Source: Candidatus Cloacimonadales bacterium
Lineage (GTDB): Bacteria; Cloacimonadota; Cloacimonadia; G963667145
Length of the DNA: 64,000 bases
Direction of reading: 5' to 3'
Assembly (NCBI GenBank): GCA_965228195.1
Contig: OZ245797.1
Location: forward strand, 158,718 to 222,717
Shown here in pieces: positions 19,968 through 29,944 of the stretch. How positions within the stretch are numbered: the first letter of the stretch is position 1; the number at the start of each line of letters is the position of its first letter. The notes under the pieces were generated by a model. The model was not told the DNA's origin, made no database searches, and saw only the letters and a program-made list of their open reading frames with translations. Made by a program: the position numbers and the translations under genes.

Positions 19968-20966
19968 GTGTCAAATAGTTTCTTTGGGTGTTTTTGCCGA
20001 AAGCTTTGTCGCTTCCGCTCCAAAGCTTTGGTTTATTTTACCAAAAGGAAAAATATTACCTTTCTTTTTGGTCGTTCACCTTGCGGTGAGCTACTCTTTC
20101 TTGCAAAGCAGGTAAGCACCCATTCCTTTCCTTATTTTACGAAGTAATCTATTATTGCTTTCTCCTGCGGAGGGCGGACTCTTGTCGCTTTCAGCGGTGA
20201 GTCTTTTTTTCGCCTAGTGGCGAGATGTGTCGCCTTTCTTTTTGGTTATTGGCTTTCAGCCTGACCCTCTCTTTTCGTTGAACGCTCAACGAAAAGAGAG
20301 GGGAGAGAAAAGAAAACCGCTCCGCTTCAACTCGCTAAAGACGGGTCGTGAGATGTCTCTAGAGTTCCGTGGCGTAGAGCATCTCCGAGATTTTTTCCTG
20401 ACTGGCTTATCACTCTGGTCTTTCGTTTTCAACACCTTAAAGAGAGTGCCAAGTGTCTCTGCTCAACCAAGAAAGGAAAAAAAGTGACCCCAGATGAAGC
20501 GGAGTATACCATCTTACCCCTCTAAGCAAGCAAGTGAGACCTAGTCTATCCCCCCCAGCTGGGCGGAATGGGTGCTTGCCTGCTTGCCTAGAGGGAGGGA
20601 ACAATCTCCGCTTAACTGGGTCTTCTTGTTTTCCCTGCATTGATAAGCCAGTGACAAAAATCACTTTCTAAATAGAGGTGCAAAGCCAAAAGCAGAAAAT
20701 AACAAGACTACGGGTAATAAGCGGGAACAACCACACTTTTTTACTCTACTGGTGACACGCCCTGTCGCTGGCGTTCTGAAGCGGAGTTGTCTTTTCTGTT
20801 ACTCTTTTCGGCAATCCGAAAAGAGTAAGCCCTCCGCAGGAGAAAAAATTTAATCACTTAAAGGGAAAAGGTTTGGATGAAATTTTTTCATTTTTCATTT
20901 TTAATTTTTATTATCTGACACCAAAATATAAGCAAAAAATGATTAGCAACTATTTTGGTGTCAGAT
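19968..20966. repeat. repeat block R3: modules S (inverted), T3, Q (inverted), ending in hairpin H6
   Basis: 20230-20520 is the reverse of the S/T unit in R1/R2. 20690-20880 is the reverse complement of Q at 16120-16270. Lies between the GLUG-gene start and the hemW stop. Confidence 0.85.
20914..20963. repeat. hairpin H6 (type C, stem extendable to 17 bp 'tatctgacaccaaaata')
   Basis: 'ctgacaccaaaata' / 'tattttggtgtcag'; loop 'taagcaaaaaatgattagcaac' contains 'tgattagc'. Overlaps the hemW stop codon. Confidence 0.85.
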
Positions 20967-22046
20967 AAGAGCCAGAGCTATCAGCTCGTCTGCCACGAAG
21001 TAATCTTTCGGTTTTAAAGCCACCCTCTTATCATCAACCAGCAAAAATTCGGCATATTTTGCCAAAAATTGCCGATACTTCTGCCGAAAGTCACTGCCAA
21101 ACTTCTTCCGATAATCTGCCAAAATGATGCCTGTTGCCAAGCGTAAACTCAATAAGATGAACTCCGACTCCCGCTGAGCCAGGCTCAGCTCCTCCACCCC
21201 GCCGTGTCCGTCGGTGCGCAAAAACTTATCGCCCTTTTGGTAATAACTGCATCCGCCCTTGCCCAAAGCCAAATACTGCTTGTCTTGCCAATAAGCCAAG
21301 TTGTGCTGCGAGCGGTAGCCCGGCAGGCAGAAGTTAGACAGCTCATAGTGACAATATCCTGCCTGCAAAAGCTTCTTTCTGATCTGAGCATAAAAATCAG
21401 CCAACTGATCGTCACCGGGCAAGTTTTGCTTTTGGGCGAACATCGGCACGCCCTGCTCCAGTGTGAGCAAATAGGTGGAGATATGTTCTGGACGAAGAAG
21501 CAAAAACTTCTCTAGACTCTTGTCTAGATCTGCCTGAGTTTGCCCCGGCAAGCCATAAATCAGATCCAAAGAGATGTTGTCAAAACCTACAGAGCGCAAA
21601 GTATGAAAAGCGGCAATGTTTTGGCGACTATCCGACCGGCGCCCTAGTAGCTGCAGCTCGCTATCCAAGAAAGATTGCATCCCCAGACTCACTCTGGTGA
21701 AGCCCAGTTCCTTGAGGCTACGGGCAAACTGGCTGGTAATATCGAAAGGGTTAGCCTCGATACTCAGCTCTTGCACTCTTGCCAAATCTAAACAAGACAA
21801 GAGCTTACCTAGCTGTCCATAAGTGAGCAAAGAGGGCGTGCCACCGCCGAAGTAAACGGTGATTGGCTTAAAAGTGGGAAAAGCAGCAAGACGCTTTTGT
21901 GCTGCCGCTAGATATTCGTCAAAATCGAACTCCAAGCCAGAGTAAAAACTACAGTAGTTGCACTTTTGACGACACCAAGGAATATGGAAGTAGAGGTGTT
22001 CCAAGCTCTTCAAATCAGCTTTAGACCCAGTAAAATCCCCAGCCAA
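20961..22046 (-). CDS. hemW: radical SAM family haem chaperone HemW / oxygen-independent coproporphyrinogen-III oxidase-like
   Basis: 'LYFHIPWCRQKCNYCSFY' is the CxxxCxxC radical-SAM cluster motif at the HemN/HemW position, and 'GGGTPSLL' is present; 361 aa. The stop overlaps hairpin H6. Confidence 0.8.
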   Translation of the reverse strand: MAGDFTGSKADLKSLEHLYFHIPWCRQKCNYCSFYSGLEFDFDEYLAAAQKRLAAFPTFKPITVYFGGGTPSLLTYGQLGKLLSCLDLARVQELSIEANPFDITSQFARSLKELGFTRVSLGMQSFLDSELQLLGRRSDSRQNIAAFHTLRSVGFDNISLDLIYGLPGQTQADLDKSLEKFLLLRPEHISTYLLTLEQGVPMFAQKQNLPGDDQLADFYAQIRKKLLQAGYCHYELSNFCLPGYRSQHNLAYWQDKQYLALGKGGCSYYQKGDKFLRTDGHGGVEELSLAQRESEFILLSLRLATGIILADYRKKFGSDFRQKYRQFLAKYAEFLLVDDKRVALKPKDYFVADELIALALI

Positions 22047-22387
22047 ACTGCCAACACCCCTAGTAGCAGATGCAAGAAAATATATTGCAAGCAGACAAGC
22101 CAGTCGCCCTTTTCTAGCAAGGCAAACACATCAAACATAAAACTGGAGTAAGTGGAAAATCCGCCCAAAAACCCCACGAACACGAAGCGGCGAAAGTTTT
22201 CGGAAAACCAGCTGTAATGTTCGGCAAGCGGAAAAAGCATCCCGAAAATAAAACACGCCAGAAGGTTGGTAAGCAGAGTCGGATAAGGAACCTTGCAATG
22301 GTCTAAAAGCCCTGTCAAAAAATCGCCATTCAAGTAACGGAAGCAAGCTCCCAAAAATCCGCCCAAACCGATGTAAAGCAAACTCAT
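22010..22387 (-). CDS. crcB: fluoride ion channel CrcB/FluC
   Basis: 125-aa four-TM protein; 'GGFLGACFRY' and 'TLLTNLLACFIFG' are CrcB hallmarks. Confidence 0.8.
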   Translation of the reverse strand: MSLLYIGLGGFLGACFRYLNGDFLTGLLDHCKVPYPTLLTNLLACFIFGMLFPLAEHYSWFSENFRRFVFVGFLGGFSTYSSFMFDVFALLEKGDWLVCLQYIFLHLLLGVLAVWLGILLGLKLI

Positions 22388-23427
22388 CTTAAGAGGGCAA
22401 ACCCCATTGCCTTGCGCAAGTTATCCAGATTTCGCTGTGCCAACACACGCACCTTGGCAGCTCCCTGTGCCAACACCTTGTCCAGATAAGGTTTATCGTC
22501 GATTATCTGCTGATAAACTTGGCGCTTGTCGGCTATCTCCCGCTCGATCGCCTCAAACAAAGTTTGTTTGGCATCGCCCCAGCCCATTCCACCGGCTTTA
22601 TACCTTTGTGCCAAAGCAGCTTGCTCGTCGGGGGAACTGAAATGTTTGTAAAGGGCAAAAACTCCACAACTCTCTGGATCTTTCGGCTCTTGCACGGTTT
22701 GAGAGTTGGTCTTTATCTTCATCACCAGCTTGCGCAGCTTCTTACTGGGCAAAAACAGAGGAATGGTGTTCCCATAAGATTTACTCATCTTGCGTCCGTC
22801 CAAACCAAGCACCTGCATCTCTTTGCTAAACTTCGCCTTGGGAATTTGCAAAAGCTCTTTCCCATAAGTGTTGTTGATCACCCTGGCTGCCTGAGCACAC
22901 ATCTCCACATGCTGCTTTTGGTCTTTGCCCACCGGCACGATGTGGGGATTGAAGATCAAGATGTCGGCTGCCATCAACACCGGATAGGTGAAAAGACCCA
23001 CATTGACCTCGTCGTCCGCTGGGCGTCCAGCCTCCAAGTTTTTGGCAACCTTGTCTTTGTAAGAGTGAGCCCGATTGAGCAAACCTTTGGGCATAAAAGC
23101 TGCCAAGATAGTCGCCAGCTCAAAAATCTGGGGAACATCCGATTGACGGTAAAAGTGGATCTTGGCAGGGTCGAGTCCACAAGCCAACCAAGTGGCAGCG
23201 ATCTGATACATACTCTCCAGCCTCTGGTGAGGATCTTTCACCGAGTTCAGCGAGTGATAATCTGCCATAAAGTAGTAAGAGTCGTAATCTTTGGCGTGCT
23301 GCAAGGCGGGCTTAATCGCCCCCAAGTAGTTGCCCAGATGAGGCACGCCCGTGGTTTGAATACCTGTTAAAGACCTTTTCATAAAACTTCCTTCCTCATT
23401 TCTAACATTTTTTCTTTTTATGGGCAA
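22384..23427 (-). CDS. trpS: tryptophan--tRNA ligase
   Basis: Class I synthetase motifs: HIGH-type 'GVPHLGNYLG' and 'KMSKS'; the 347-aa length fits TrpRS. Confidence 0.9.
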   Translation of the reverse strand: MPIKRKNVRNEEGSFMKRSLTGIQTTGVPHLGNYLGAIKPALQHAKDYDSYYFMADYHSLNSVKDPHQRLESMYQIAATWLACGLDPAKIHFYRQSDVPQIFELATILAAFMPKGLLNRAHSYKDKVAKNLEAGRPADDEVNVGLFTYPVLMAADILIFNPHIVPVGKDQKQHVEMCAQAARVINNTYGKELLQIPKAKFSKEMQVLGLDGRKMSKSYGNTIPLFLPSKKLRKLVMKIKTNSQTVQEPKDPESCGVFALYKHFSSPDEQAALAQRYKAGGMGWGDAKQTLFEAIEREIADKRQVYQQIIDDKPYLDKVLAQGAAKVRVLAQRNLDNLRKAMGFALLR

Positions 23428-23430
23428 CGC

Positions 23431-24717
23431 TCAAAACTTGCCCAAAACATTTTTCAAAAATTGGTCTCGGGATCGCACCGCTTTGGCGTAAGAGCCGTTT
23501 TCCACAAACGCAAACAGATACAAGCGCTGCTGCTTGCCCTGATACAACCCCGACAAGGCGCTAACATTGTAAAGCGAGCCGCTCTTGGCTTTCACCTTCA
23601 TCTGGCTATCGATCCGCTCCAAGGTGCCTTCTTTGCCCAAATCTGGCAAACCTGCAAAAAAATCTAGGCGCAAAAACGGCTTGCTCCAAACATATTTCAA
23701 CAATTCCAAGATCGTCTGCACTGACAAGTAATTTTTGCCCATCCCACTGCAACTCTCTAGCCTGGCGCTTTGCCCCAAGCTGTCTTGAATAAAACTCTCC
23801 ACCATCCTCACCCCCATCTTGGCATCGCCAAACTTGTGTTGCCCAAGATAACAACCCAAAGACTCGGCAATGAAGTTGGAAGAGTAGATGTTCATCAGAT
23901 GCAAAATATCTTTCAAAGGTTTAGAGTGGTGCGTGTAAACATCTCCATCGGCAAATACCTCGTCGCTCAGTTTTCGCCTGACCAACTGAGTGGTTTCGGG
24001 CAAATCTAGGTAGTAGCACAAGGTGTAAAAAAAATGGCTGGTGGGGTTATAAACCCGTTTGAATTTACGCCTTCGCCTCTTGCTCATTTTCTTACCCACC
24101 TCGATCAAAAGCTTGTCTTGATAAGCACGAGTGAGAATTTGCTCTCCCAGCTCTTCTCTTGGTTTGACCACAAAGTATCCACCGGGCGTTTTGACCGAAA
24201 CCTTGCCTTTTACGATATCGAGCCTATAGGTGTTGTAGTTCAGAGCCAAGGCACTGACAGGAGCGTTGTAAGCTCGGTCGTTTTTGGCGTTGGGCAAATC
24301 TTGATAACCAGACGGAAAGTAAAGCTGGTCGTCGATCACCACTGTCACCTCTTTGCTTTTCAGCTGCTCTTTACATTTTGTTAAGGCTGTTTTTGCCCCT
24401 GACTTCTTCAGCTCCAGACCGATCAGATAAAGCTCCTCCATCACCAGAGTCGGGTCACCGCCAGCCTTGACAAAAAGCGTGTCTTGTTTCCATCTGAACT
24501 GGGTGGCAAACCGAAAGTCGGAGCCAAGCTCCTGCAACGCCACCAAAGATGTGAAAAGTTTTAGGTTAGAGGCGATGTTCAGACTCTGCCCTTGAGCTTG
24601 CTCTGCCACCGCTTGCTTACTTGCCAGATCGTAAACGATGTAACCTCCACGCGCCGACAACTGCCCGAAAGCTAGCCACACCAACAGCACCATCGAAAAT
24701 TTGGCTACTTTCACCAC
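23431..24717 (-). CDS. dacB: D-alanyl-D-alanine carboxypeptidase/endopeptidase, PBP4 (S13) type
   Basis: Signal peptide, then SxxK 'SNLK', SxN 'YSSNF' and KSG 'KAKSGS' motifs in PBP4 order; 428 aa. Confidence 0.7.
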   Translation of the reverse strand: MVKVAKFSMVLLVWLAFGQLSARGGYIVYDLASKQAVAEQAQGQSLNIASNLKLFTSLVALQELGSDFRFATQFRWKQDTLFVKAGGDPTLVMEELYLIGLELKKSGAKTALTKCKEQLKSKEVTVVIDDQLYFPSGYQDLPNAKNDRAYNAPVSALALNYNTYRLDIVKGKVSVKTPGGYFVVKPREELGEQILTRAYQDKLLIEVGKKMSKRRRRKFKRVYNPTSHFFYTLCYYLDLPETTQLVRRKLSDEVFADGDVYTHHSKPLKDILHLMNIYSSNFIAESLGCYLGQHKFGDAKMGVRMVESFIQDSLGQSARLESCSGMGKNYLSVQTILELLKYVWSKPFLRLDFFAGLPDLGKEGTLERIDSQMKVKAKSGSLYNVSALSGLYQGKQQRLYLFAFVENGSYAKAVRSRDQFLKNVLGKF

Positions 24718-25712
24718 AAACCTCGCACAGCCTCAAAATCTACCTTGTAATCTATACGCAAAGTTACCAGCTTGCTCCTAAGGCTTTGGTCTGTGCTCAA
24801 CTTGACCAGATCTTTGTCGGTCACCACCAAGAACTCAGCTTGAGCCAACCGCTTCTTAGGCAAACCTTGCAGATGGTGATGATCGGCAAAAGAGAACCTC
24901 TTTGCCAAGCGGACACCAAAGTTTTCCACCATCTGCTCGAAAGCGGTTGGATCGGCGATGGCAGAAAGCGAATAACACCGTCCGCATCGCAGCTTCTCTA
25001 TCGAAACCTTGTTGCCATCGGCATCGAAAAACCCTCGGGGGACAATCTCGCCTTTGACAAGCTGCTTCTTGTATCTCTTTGCCAACCTCTCCACGCTGGG
25101 GTTGTCGCCGTCCAGCACGATGCAATCGGCGTCAGCCAAAGCCTCTTCGCCCTCTCGCAAATATCCAGCCGGCAAACACCAACCGTTTCCGACTCCCACC
25201 TTGGCTTTGAACAAAACGAAGTCGAAGTCGTGCGCAAGCTTGAAGTTTTGGAAAGAGTCTTCCAAGATAACCACCTCTAAATCTTTGAACTTATCCAACA
25301 GGAGCCTCACCGCTCGCTGTCTGTCTTTGCCCACCACCACCGGCACTCCCGGTAGCATTTGCGCCAAAAGTTGCGGCTCATCACCAGCCATCTTGGCTTG
25401 CGGTAACACCGCTTTTCTATCACTAATTAAAGTAGCGCTACTCTCCAGCCGGCTCTTGTAGCCTCGCACCGAGATTGCCACCTTAACCTTCTTCTCTTGG
25501 TAGCACCGTGCTAGAGCCACATCAAAAGGCGTCTTGCCCGAGCCACCACAGACGATGTTCCCCACCCCCACTATCTTCACCCCTTTTATCTTCAGCGGGG
25601 CAGCTTTCTTCCTTTTGGCTGCCACCACAAAGCGGTAGATCAAAGAAGCTCCCCACAAAAGGTGCGAGAGCCAAGATTTTTTTTTCAGGTGTTTATCGGC
25701 AAAACTGCTCAT
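24711..25712 (-). CDS. lpxK: tetraacyldisaccharide 4'-kinase
   Basis: P-loop 'VGNIVCGGSGKTP' in the characteristic LpxK context; 333 aa; indicates lipid A synthesis. Confidence 0.8.
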   Translation of the reverse strand: MSSFADKHLKKKSWLSHLLWGASLIYRFVVAAKRKKAAPLKIKGVKIVGVGNIVCGGSGKTPFDVALARCYQEKKVKVAISVRGYKSRLESSATLISDRKAVLPQAKMAGDEPQLLAQMLPGVPVVVGKDRQRAVRLLLDKFKDLEVVILEDSFQNFKLAHDFDFVLFKAKVGVGNGWCLPAGYLREGEEALADADCIVLDGDNPSVERLAKRYKKQLVKGEIVPRGFFDADGNKVSIEKLRCGRCYSLSAIADPTAFEQMVENFGVRLAKRFSFADHHHLQGLPKKRLAQAEFLVVTDKDLVKLSTDQSLRSKLVTLRIDYKVDFEAVRGLW

Positions 25713-26728
25713 CTGTCTAACAAAGAGTAATGCTCAAAATTTTTCTTGAAAAAATCTATGGTGAACAACATATCGGCAGGTAAATCGGAGGTAAAACTCA
25801 TCTTCTCTGCACTGATAGGATGCTCAAAGCCAAGCAGATGAGAGTGCAAAGCTGTCCGCAAAAGATGATTTTTGAGCAAGTGCTTCATCTTCTTGGCGTA
25901 GCTGGGTGGAACCCGCATAATCGCATTTTTGTCGCTCCCATAAACTTTGTCTGCCAAGATCGGATGCCCCAGATGTGCCAGATGAACGCGGATTTGGTGG
26001 GTCCTGCCGGTCAATATCCTCACCTTCACCAGCGAAAAAAAATCGTAACTCTCACAAGTTTGATACTCTGAGATAGCCAGCTTCCCTGTCTGATAGACAC
26101 CCATCTTGCGAAAATCTTTCTTGCTCCGAGCCATCATATTTTCTATCCTGCCCTCGGGCGGCTCGATGTTTCCCAGCACCAGAGCCAGATAACTCTTGCT
26201 TATCTGCCGCAGAGCAAACATCTTACTCAGTGCCACTGCCACCTCATCACGCTTGGCAATCATCATCAAACCGGAAGTGTCTTGGTCGAGGCGATGAACA
26301 ATCCCTGGGCGCACCGTGTCCAAATTTGCCAGATTGTCACCAAACCTTTTCAGCAGTCCGCTCACCAGAGTCCCCGAGGTTTGCCCGTTGCCAGGATGAA
26401 CGCAAACTCCTGCCGGCTTGTCGATTACTGCCAAGTGCTCATCTTCGTAAACTACGCCAAACTCCACATCCTCAGGCTGCAAATTTGCCGCCGACATCTG
26501 ATTGGCTACTGCGTGCTCAGCTGACAAATCTATCTCTACAGCATCGCCTTGGCTCAATCTAAAGCTTTTCTTGGTCTCTTGTTTGCCGTTCACCCGCACC
26601 AAGCCATCGCTGATAATCCGCCCTGCCTCGGAGCGAGAGCTAAACTGAGTTTGCAAGAACTTATCCAATCTTTGCTCGCCGCCTTCCAAAACTTGCAAGG
26701 GAGCCGACAAAACTTTTTTACTCTTCAC
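25709..26728 (-). CDS. rluD: RluA/RluD-family 23S rRNA pseudouridine synthase with N-terminal S4 domain
   Basis: S4 domain 'RLDKFL...SRSEAGRII..G.V.VNG'; catalytic 'HRLDQDTSGLMMIAK' (HRLD motif); 'GRTHQIRVHLA'. Confidence 0.85.
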   Translation of the reverse strand: MKSKKVLSAPLQVLEGGEQRLDKFLQTQFSSRSEAGRIISDGLVRVNGKQETKKSFRLSQGDAVEIDLSAEHAVANQMSAANLQPEDVEFGVVYEDEHLAVIDKPAGVCVHPGNGQTSGTLVSGLLKRFGDNLANLDTVRPGIVHRLDQDTSGLMMIAKRDEVAVALSKMFALRQISKSYLALVLGNIEPPEGRIENMMARSKKDFRKMGVYQTGKLAISEYQTCESYDFFSLVKVRILTGRTHQIRVHLAHLGHPILADKVYGSDKNAIMRVPPSYAKKMKHLLKNHLLRTALHSHLLGFEHPISAEKMSFTSDLPADMLFTIDFFKKNFEHYSLLDR

Positions 26729-27467
26729 TCTTTTTTTCTTTTTTCTTGGTGCTACCTTTGATACTCACGGCGATCACAAAGCCCAAAATCTCCGAATTTT
26801 GTCCCCTGACCACCGCACTCTTCAGTCCGAAATGTAGCTCCATCTTCTTCATATTGTAGAAAGTGGGCTCTTGCGCCTCTTTGGCTTCCAGCACCTCCAA
26901 AACATAATCCCGCAACTTCTGCGAGCCAGCACCCAGAGTGACATTGAACAGGTTGGTATCTTCCTCTATATCGGGAAAATAGTCTCGTAGTAGATTGGAG
27001 ATACTCACCACTTGAGCTTGCAAATCGACAATCAAATAAGCGTCGCTGGAGATCGAATACAGCGCCTCCAATCGTGATCTTTGCTCCAAGATCTTGACCT
27101 TCTTAAGCTCATCAAAATCTCTGAGTTCGTTATACATAATGCGCACATTCTCATAAAGTTTCATCAACTCTTTTTCCGCTTTGGGAACCTTGATTTGCGT
27201 GTTAAACTTACCCACAGCAATATCTTTGACCACCCGATTGAGTCCACTCAACATCTTGTTCAAAAATCTGGGGATAAACAAAAACAAGATCGAGCCCACG
27301 GCAAACTGCACCACCACCAAAATCATCAAGTTGTTCAAGAAAGTGTTCTTGATATACTTTTCCGCAATCGAGTAGTCGCCAGTAAACCTGAAGGTGTAGA
27401 TCAGCTGCGATACCGAAAGCAAAATCAAAACTATCACAAAAAATCTTAGCGTAAATTTCAATCTCAT
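26718..27467 (-). CDS. hypothetical membrane protein (two TM helices, then a HAMP-like coiled-coil region)
   Basis: 249-aa ORF with an N-terminal TM pair, a linker, and a charged helical region; no catalytic motif found. Confidence 0.35.
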   Translation of the reverse strand: MRLKFTLRFFVIVLILLSVSQLIYTFRFTGDYSIAEKYIKNTFLNNLMILVVVQFAVGSILFLFIPRFLNKMLSGLNRVVKDIAVGKFNTQIKVPKAEKELMKLYENVRIMYNELRDFDELKKVKILEQRSRLEALYSISSDAYLIVDLQAQVVSISNLLRDYFPDIEEDTNLFNVTLGAGSQKLRDYVLEVLEAKEAQEPTFYNMKKMELHFGLKSAVVRGQNSEILGFVIAVSIKGSTKKKEKKSEE

Positions 27468-27472
27468 AACTA

Positions 27473-28177
27473 TCAGCTCCTTTTGAACTTATCTATAAAT
27501 ATGTTCACATTTTCTTGCAACCCGATGAGCAGAAAAGAGTCTCCGCTAGAAAGAATGTCGTTAGCTTTGGGTCTGTCGTTCATCACAAACTGAATCTGGT
27601 TCTCGCCGTTCTCGTCCACAAACTTCTTCCTTCTTTTGATAGCTATCACATTCAGCCCATACTTAGCCAAGATCTCAGCCTCCGAGAGCGACTTGCCAAA
27701 AAACTTCTCCGGTATCTCTATCTCCACCAAAGAGTGAGTCTTAGATATCTCGGTGTAAGCCAAGATGTTGTTGTGCAAGATGGTTCTGGCAAGCTCGATG
27801 CCCACCTTTTTTTCGGGATAGATGACATTGAAGATGCCCATCCTTTCCAAAATCTCTTTGTGTATCTGGTCTTTCACCTTGCTAAAGATGACCGGAATTT
27901 TCATCTTCTTCAAAAGCATATTGATGGTGATATTTATCTCAAGATTGCTACAAGTTGCCACGATCACCGCATCCATCTCGTGCAAATTCAGCTGATTGAG
28001 GACAGCCTCGTCGGTCGCATCGGCGTTGATAGCAGAACTCACCAACCCCTTTGCCTGCATCTTGTCGGTCATCTTCTTGTTGATGTCCACCGCCCAAACC
28101 TCCACGCCCGCCTCGTAAAGCTCCGATGCCACCGTGCTACCAAATTTCCCCAATCCTAATACTGCATACTTACTCAT
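27473..28177 (-). CDS. trkA: Trk potassium uptake system NAD-binding subunit TrkA
   Basis: Rossmann 'AVLGLGKFGSTVASEL' (TrkA-N) followed by a TrkA-C domain; 234 aa; adjacent to trkH. Confidence 0.8.
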   Translation of the reverse strand: MSKYAVLGLGKFGSTVASELYEAGVEVWAVDINKKMTDKMQAKGLVSSAINADATDEAVLNQLNLHEMDAVIVATCSNLEINITINMLLKKMKIPVIFSKVKDQIHKEILERMGIFNVIYPEKKVGIELARTILHNNILAYTEISKTHSLVEIEIPEKFFGKSLSEAEILAKYGLNVIAIKRRKKFVDENGENQIQFVMNDRPKANDILSSGDSFLLIGLQENVNIFIDKFKRS

Positions 28178-28211
28178 AACTTTTCTATCTCCTGTCTACT
28201 AATAACTCGAT

Positions 28212-29944
28212 CTACCCGATGTTAATATTTTCCACTGGGTAAACAAAAACATTTTTTTCGCTGGCGTCCGACAAAGCGAAGATTATCGTCAAAGGACCGA
28301 TTCTGCCGAAAAACATCAGAAACATCACCACCAGTTTGCCACCCCACGAAAGCCCTGAGGTGATCCCCATACTGAGTCCCACCGTGCCGAAAGCCGAAAC
28401 AGCCTCGAAGATGATCGGCTTGAACCCAAAAGGCTCCAAGGCGAACAAGAAGAAGATTGCCACCAAAACCGTCAAAATGGCAATCGCCAAAAGAGCGATG
28501 ACTTGGTTGAGCTTGCTCAACGGAATGCTCCGCTGAAACACCGTTATCCTCTTGTTGCCACGCATCAAAGAGATCACTGCCACCACAATAATCGCCAGAG
28601 TGGTCGTCTTGATGCCACCTCCGGTCGAGCTGGGACTGGCTCCCACGAACATAAAAAGCAATGTCCACAAAAAAGAGGAGTCGGAGAGCTGGGCTTGGTC
28701 TATGGTGTTAAATCCGCAAGTTCTGGTGGTAACAGACTGAAAGAAAGAGTGAGCCATCCGTTGCAAGTTGCCAATGCTACTCATGGAGCTGTTAACCTCG
28801 GAGAAGTAGTAAAAAATCGTGCCCACCACCAGCAAGATCAAGGTGGTGTTCACCGCAATCTTGGTGTGCAGAGCCAGGCGACTAAACTGCAAGTTTCGGT
28901 GCCTTACCATATTCCAAAGATCGATAAGGCTGGGGAAGCCAAGCCCCCCCAAGATTATCAAGATAGGCACAACCAAAACAAGATACCAGCTCAAATCTAA
29001 CCCCACGAAACTTTCTTGATACAAAGAGAAGCCCGCATTACAAAAAGAGGAGATAGAATGAAAAACCGCAAAGTAGCCCGATTTGAGGTAAGAGTATTGC
29101 AAAGAGCGGAAGTTGAGGTAGAGCAAGATAGCTCCTACAAACTCGATGTGAAAGTCAAGACGATCACATTGCGCATCAAAGAGCCGATGCTGTAACCTTT
29201 CAAAATTCCGCTGACGGTCTCCTCCATAGATTTACCCGCCGAGTTGATCTTCTCCCCGATTATCAGAGCGAAGAGGGTCGATATGGTCATTATCCCCAAG
29301 CCGCCTATCTGGATCAAAGACAAAATCACCAGCTGCCCAAAAAGGGTGAAGTAGGTGTAAGTGTTTTTGACCACCAAACCGGTGACGCAAACCGCAGAGG
29401 TGGAGGTAAAAAAAGCGTCGATCACCGAGATTTTGCCTTCCACCACCGACATCGGCAACTTCAGCAGCACCGCTCCCAAAAAGATTGCCAACAAAAAACT
29501 GATTATCACCAAATAAAAAGGGTTGTTGTAATATTTTTCTAAGAGAGGGTTGTCTTGTGAATTGGTAGAAAACGAGTAAAGAAAACGCGCAATTTGCCTA
29601 AAGATGATGAAGAGGAAAAATATGTTGCTGCTGGAGTAACTCCAAAAAAAGGCAAAGCAGAAACTCTCGGCAACCACCAAGATTTGCCTGACCAGAGGAA
29701 AACTTTTGAACTGGAAATAAAACAAAGCAACATTGGCGCCATAAAAAGCCAACACCACCCTGCCATAATGACCCAAGATGAAGTTCGCCGACATCTCGGA
29801 GACATTGACCCCCAACAGCAAAAAGCACAAGTTTACCAGAGCAAAAAAGTAAAGAGCCACTCTGAGAGTGGCACTAAGCACTCCGACCTTGCTATAGATT
29901 TTCTTTAATAAATCCAAAAACTTGCTCCGGAGATTGATCGGCAT
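28212..29944 (-). pseudogene. trkH: Trk potassium uptake permease TrkH, apparently frameshifted into two ORFs (29135..29944 N-part; 28212..29126 C-part)
   Basis: Both ORFs align with consecutive parts of TrkH: the N-part ends '...MRNVIVLTFTSSL*', and the +1/-1 frame continues '..EFVGAILLYLNFRSLQ..GYFAVFHSISSFCNAGFS'. The frames differ, the gap is 8 nt, and there is no obvious homopolymer. Confidence 0.5.

Noticed and set aside
22519-23370. Long antisense ORFs inside genes (e.g. 22519..23370 in trpS, 27515..28159 in trkA, 47280..48149 in clpX, 49036..49776 in tig, 15236..15733 in yebC, 11672..12199 in secD, 30508..31446 opposite the GT2 gene)
   Set aside because: They lie opposite strongly supported conserved genes, have biased low-complexity composition (H/R/L-rich) and no RBS. 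They are typical shadow ORFs.
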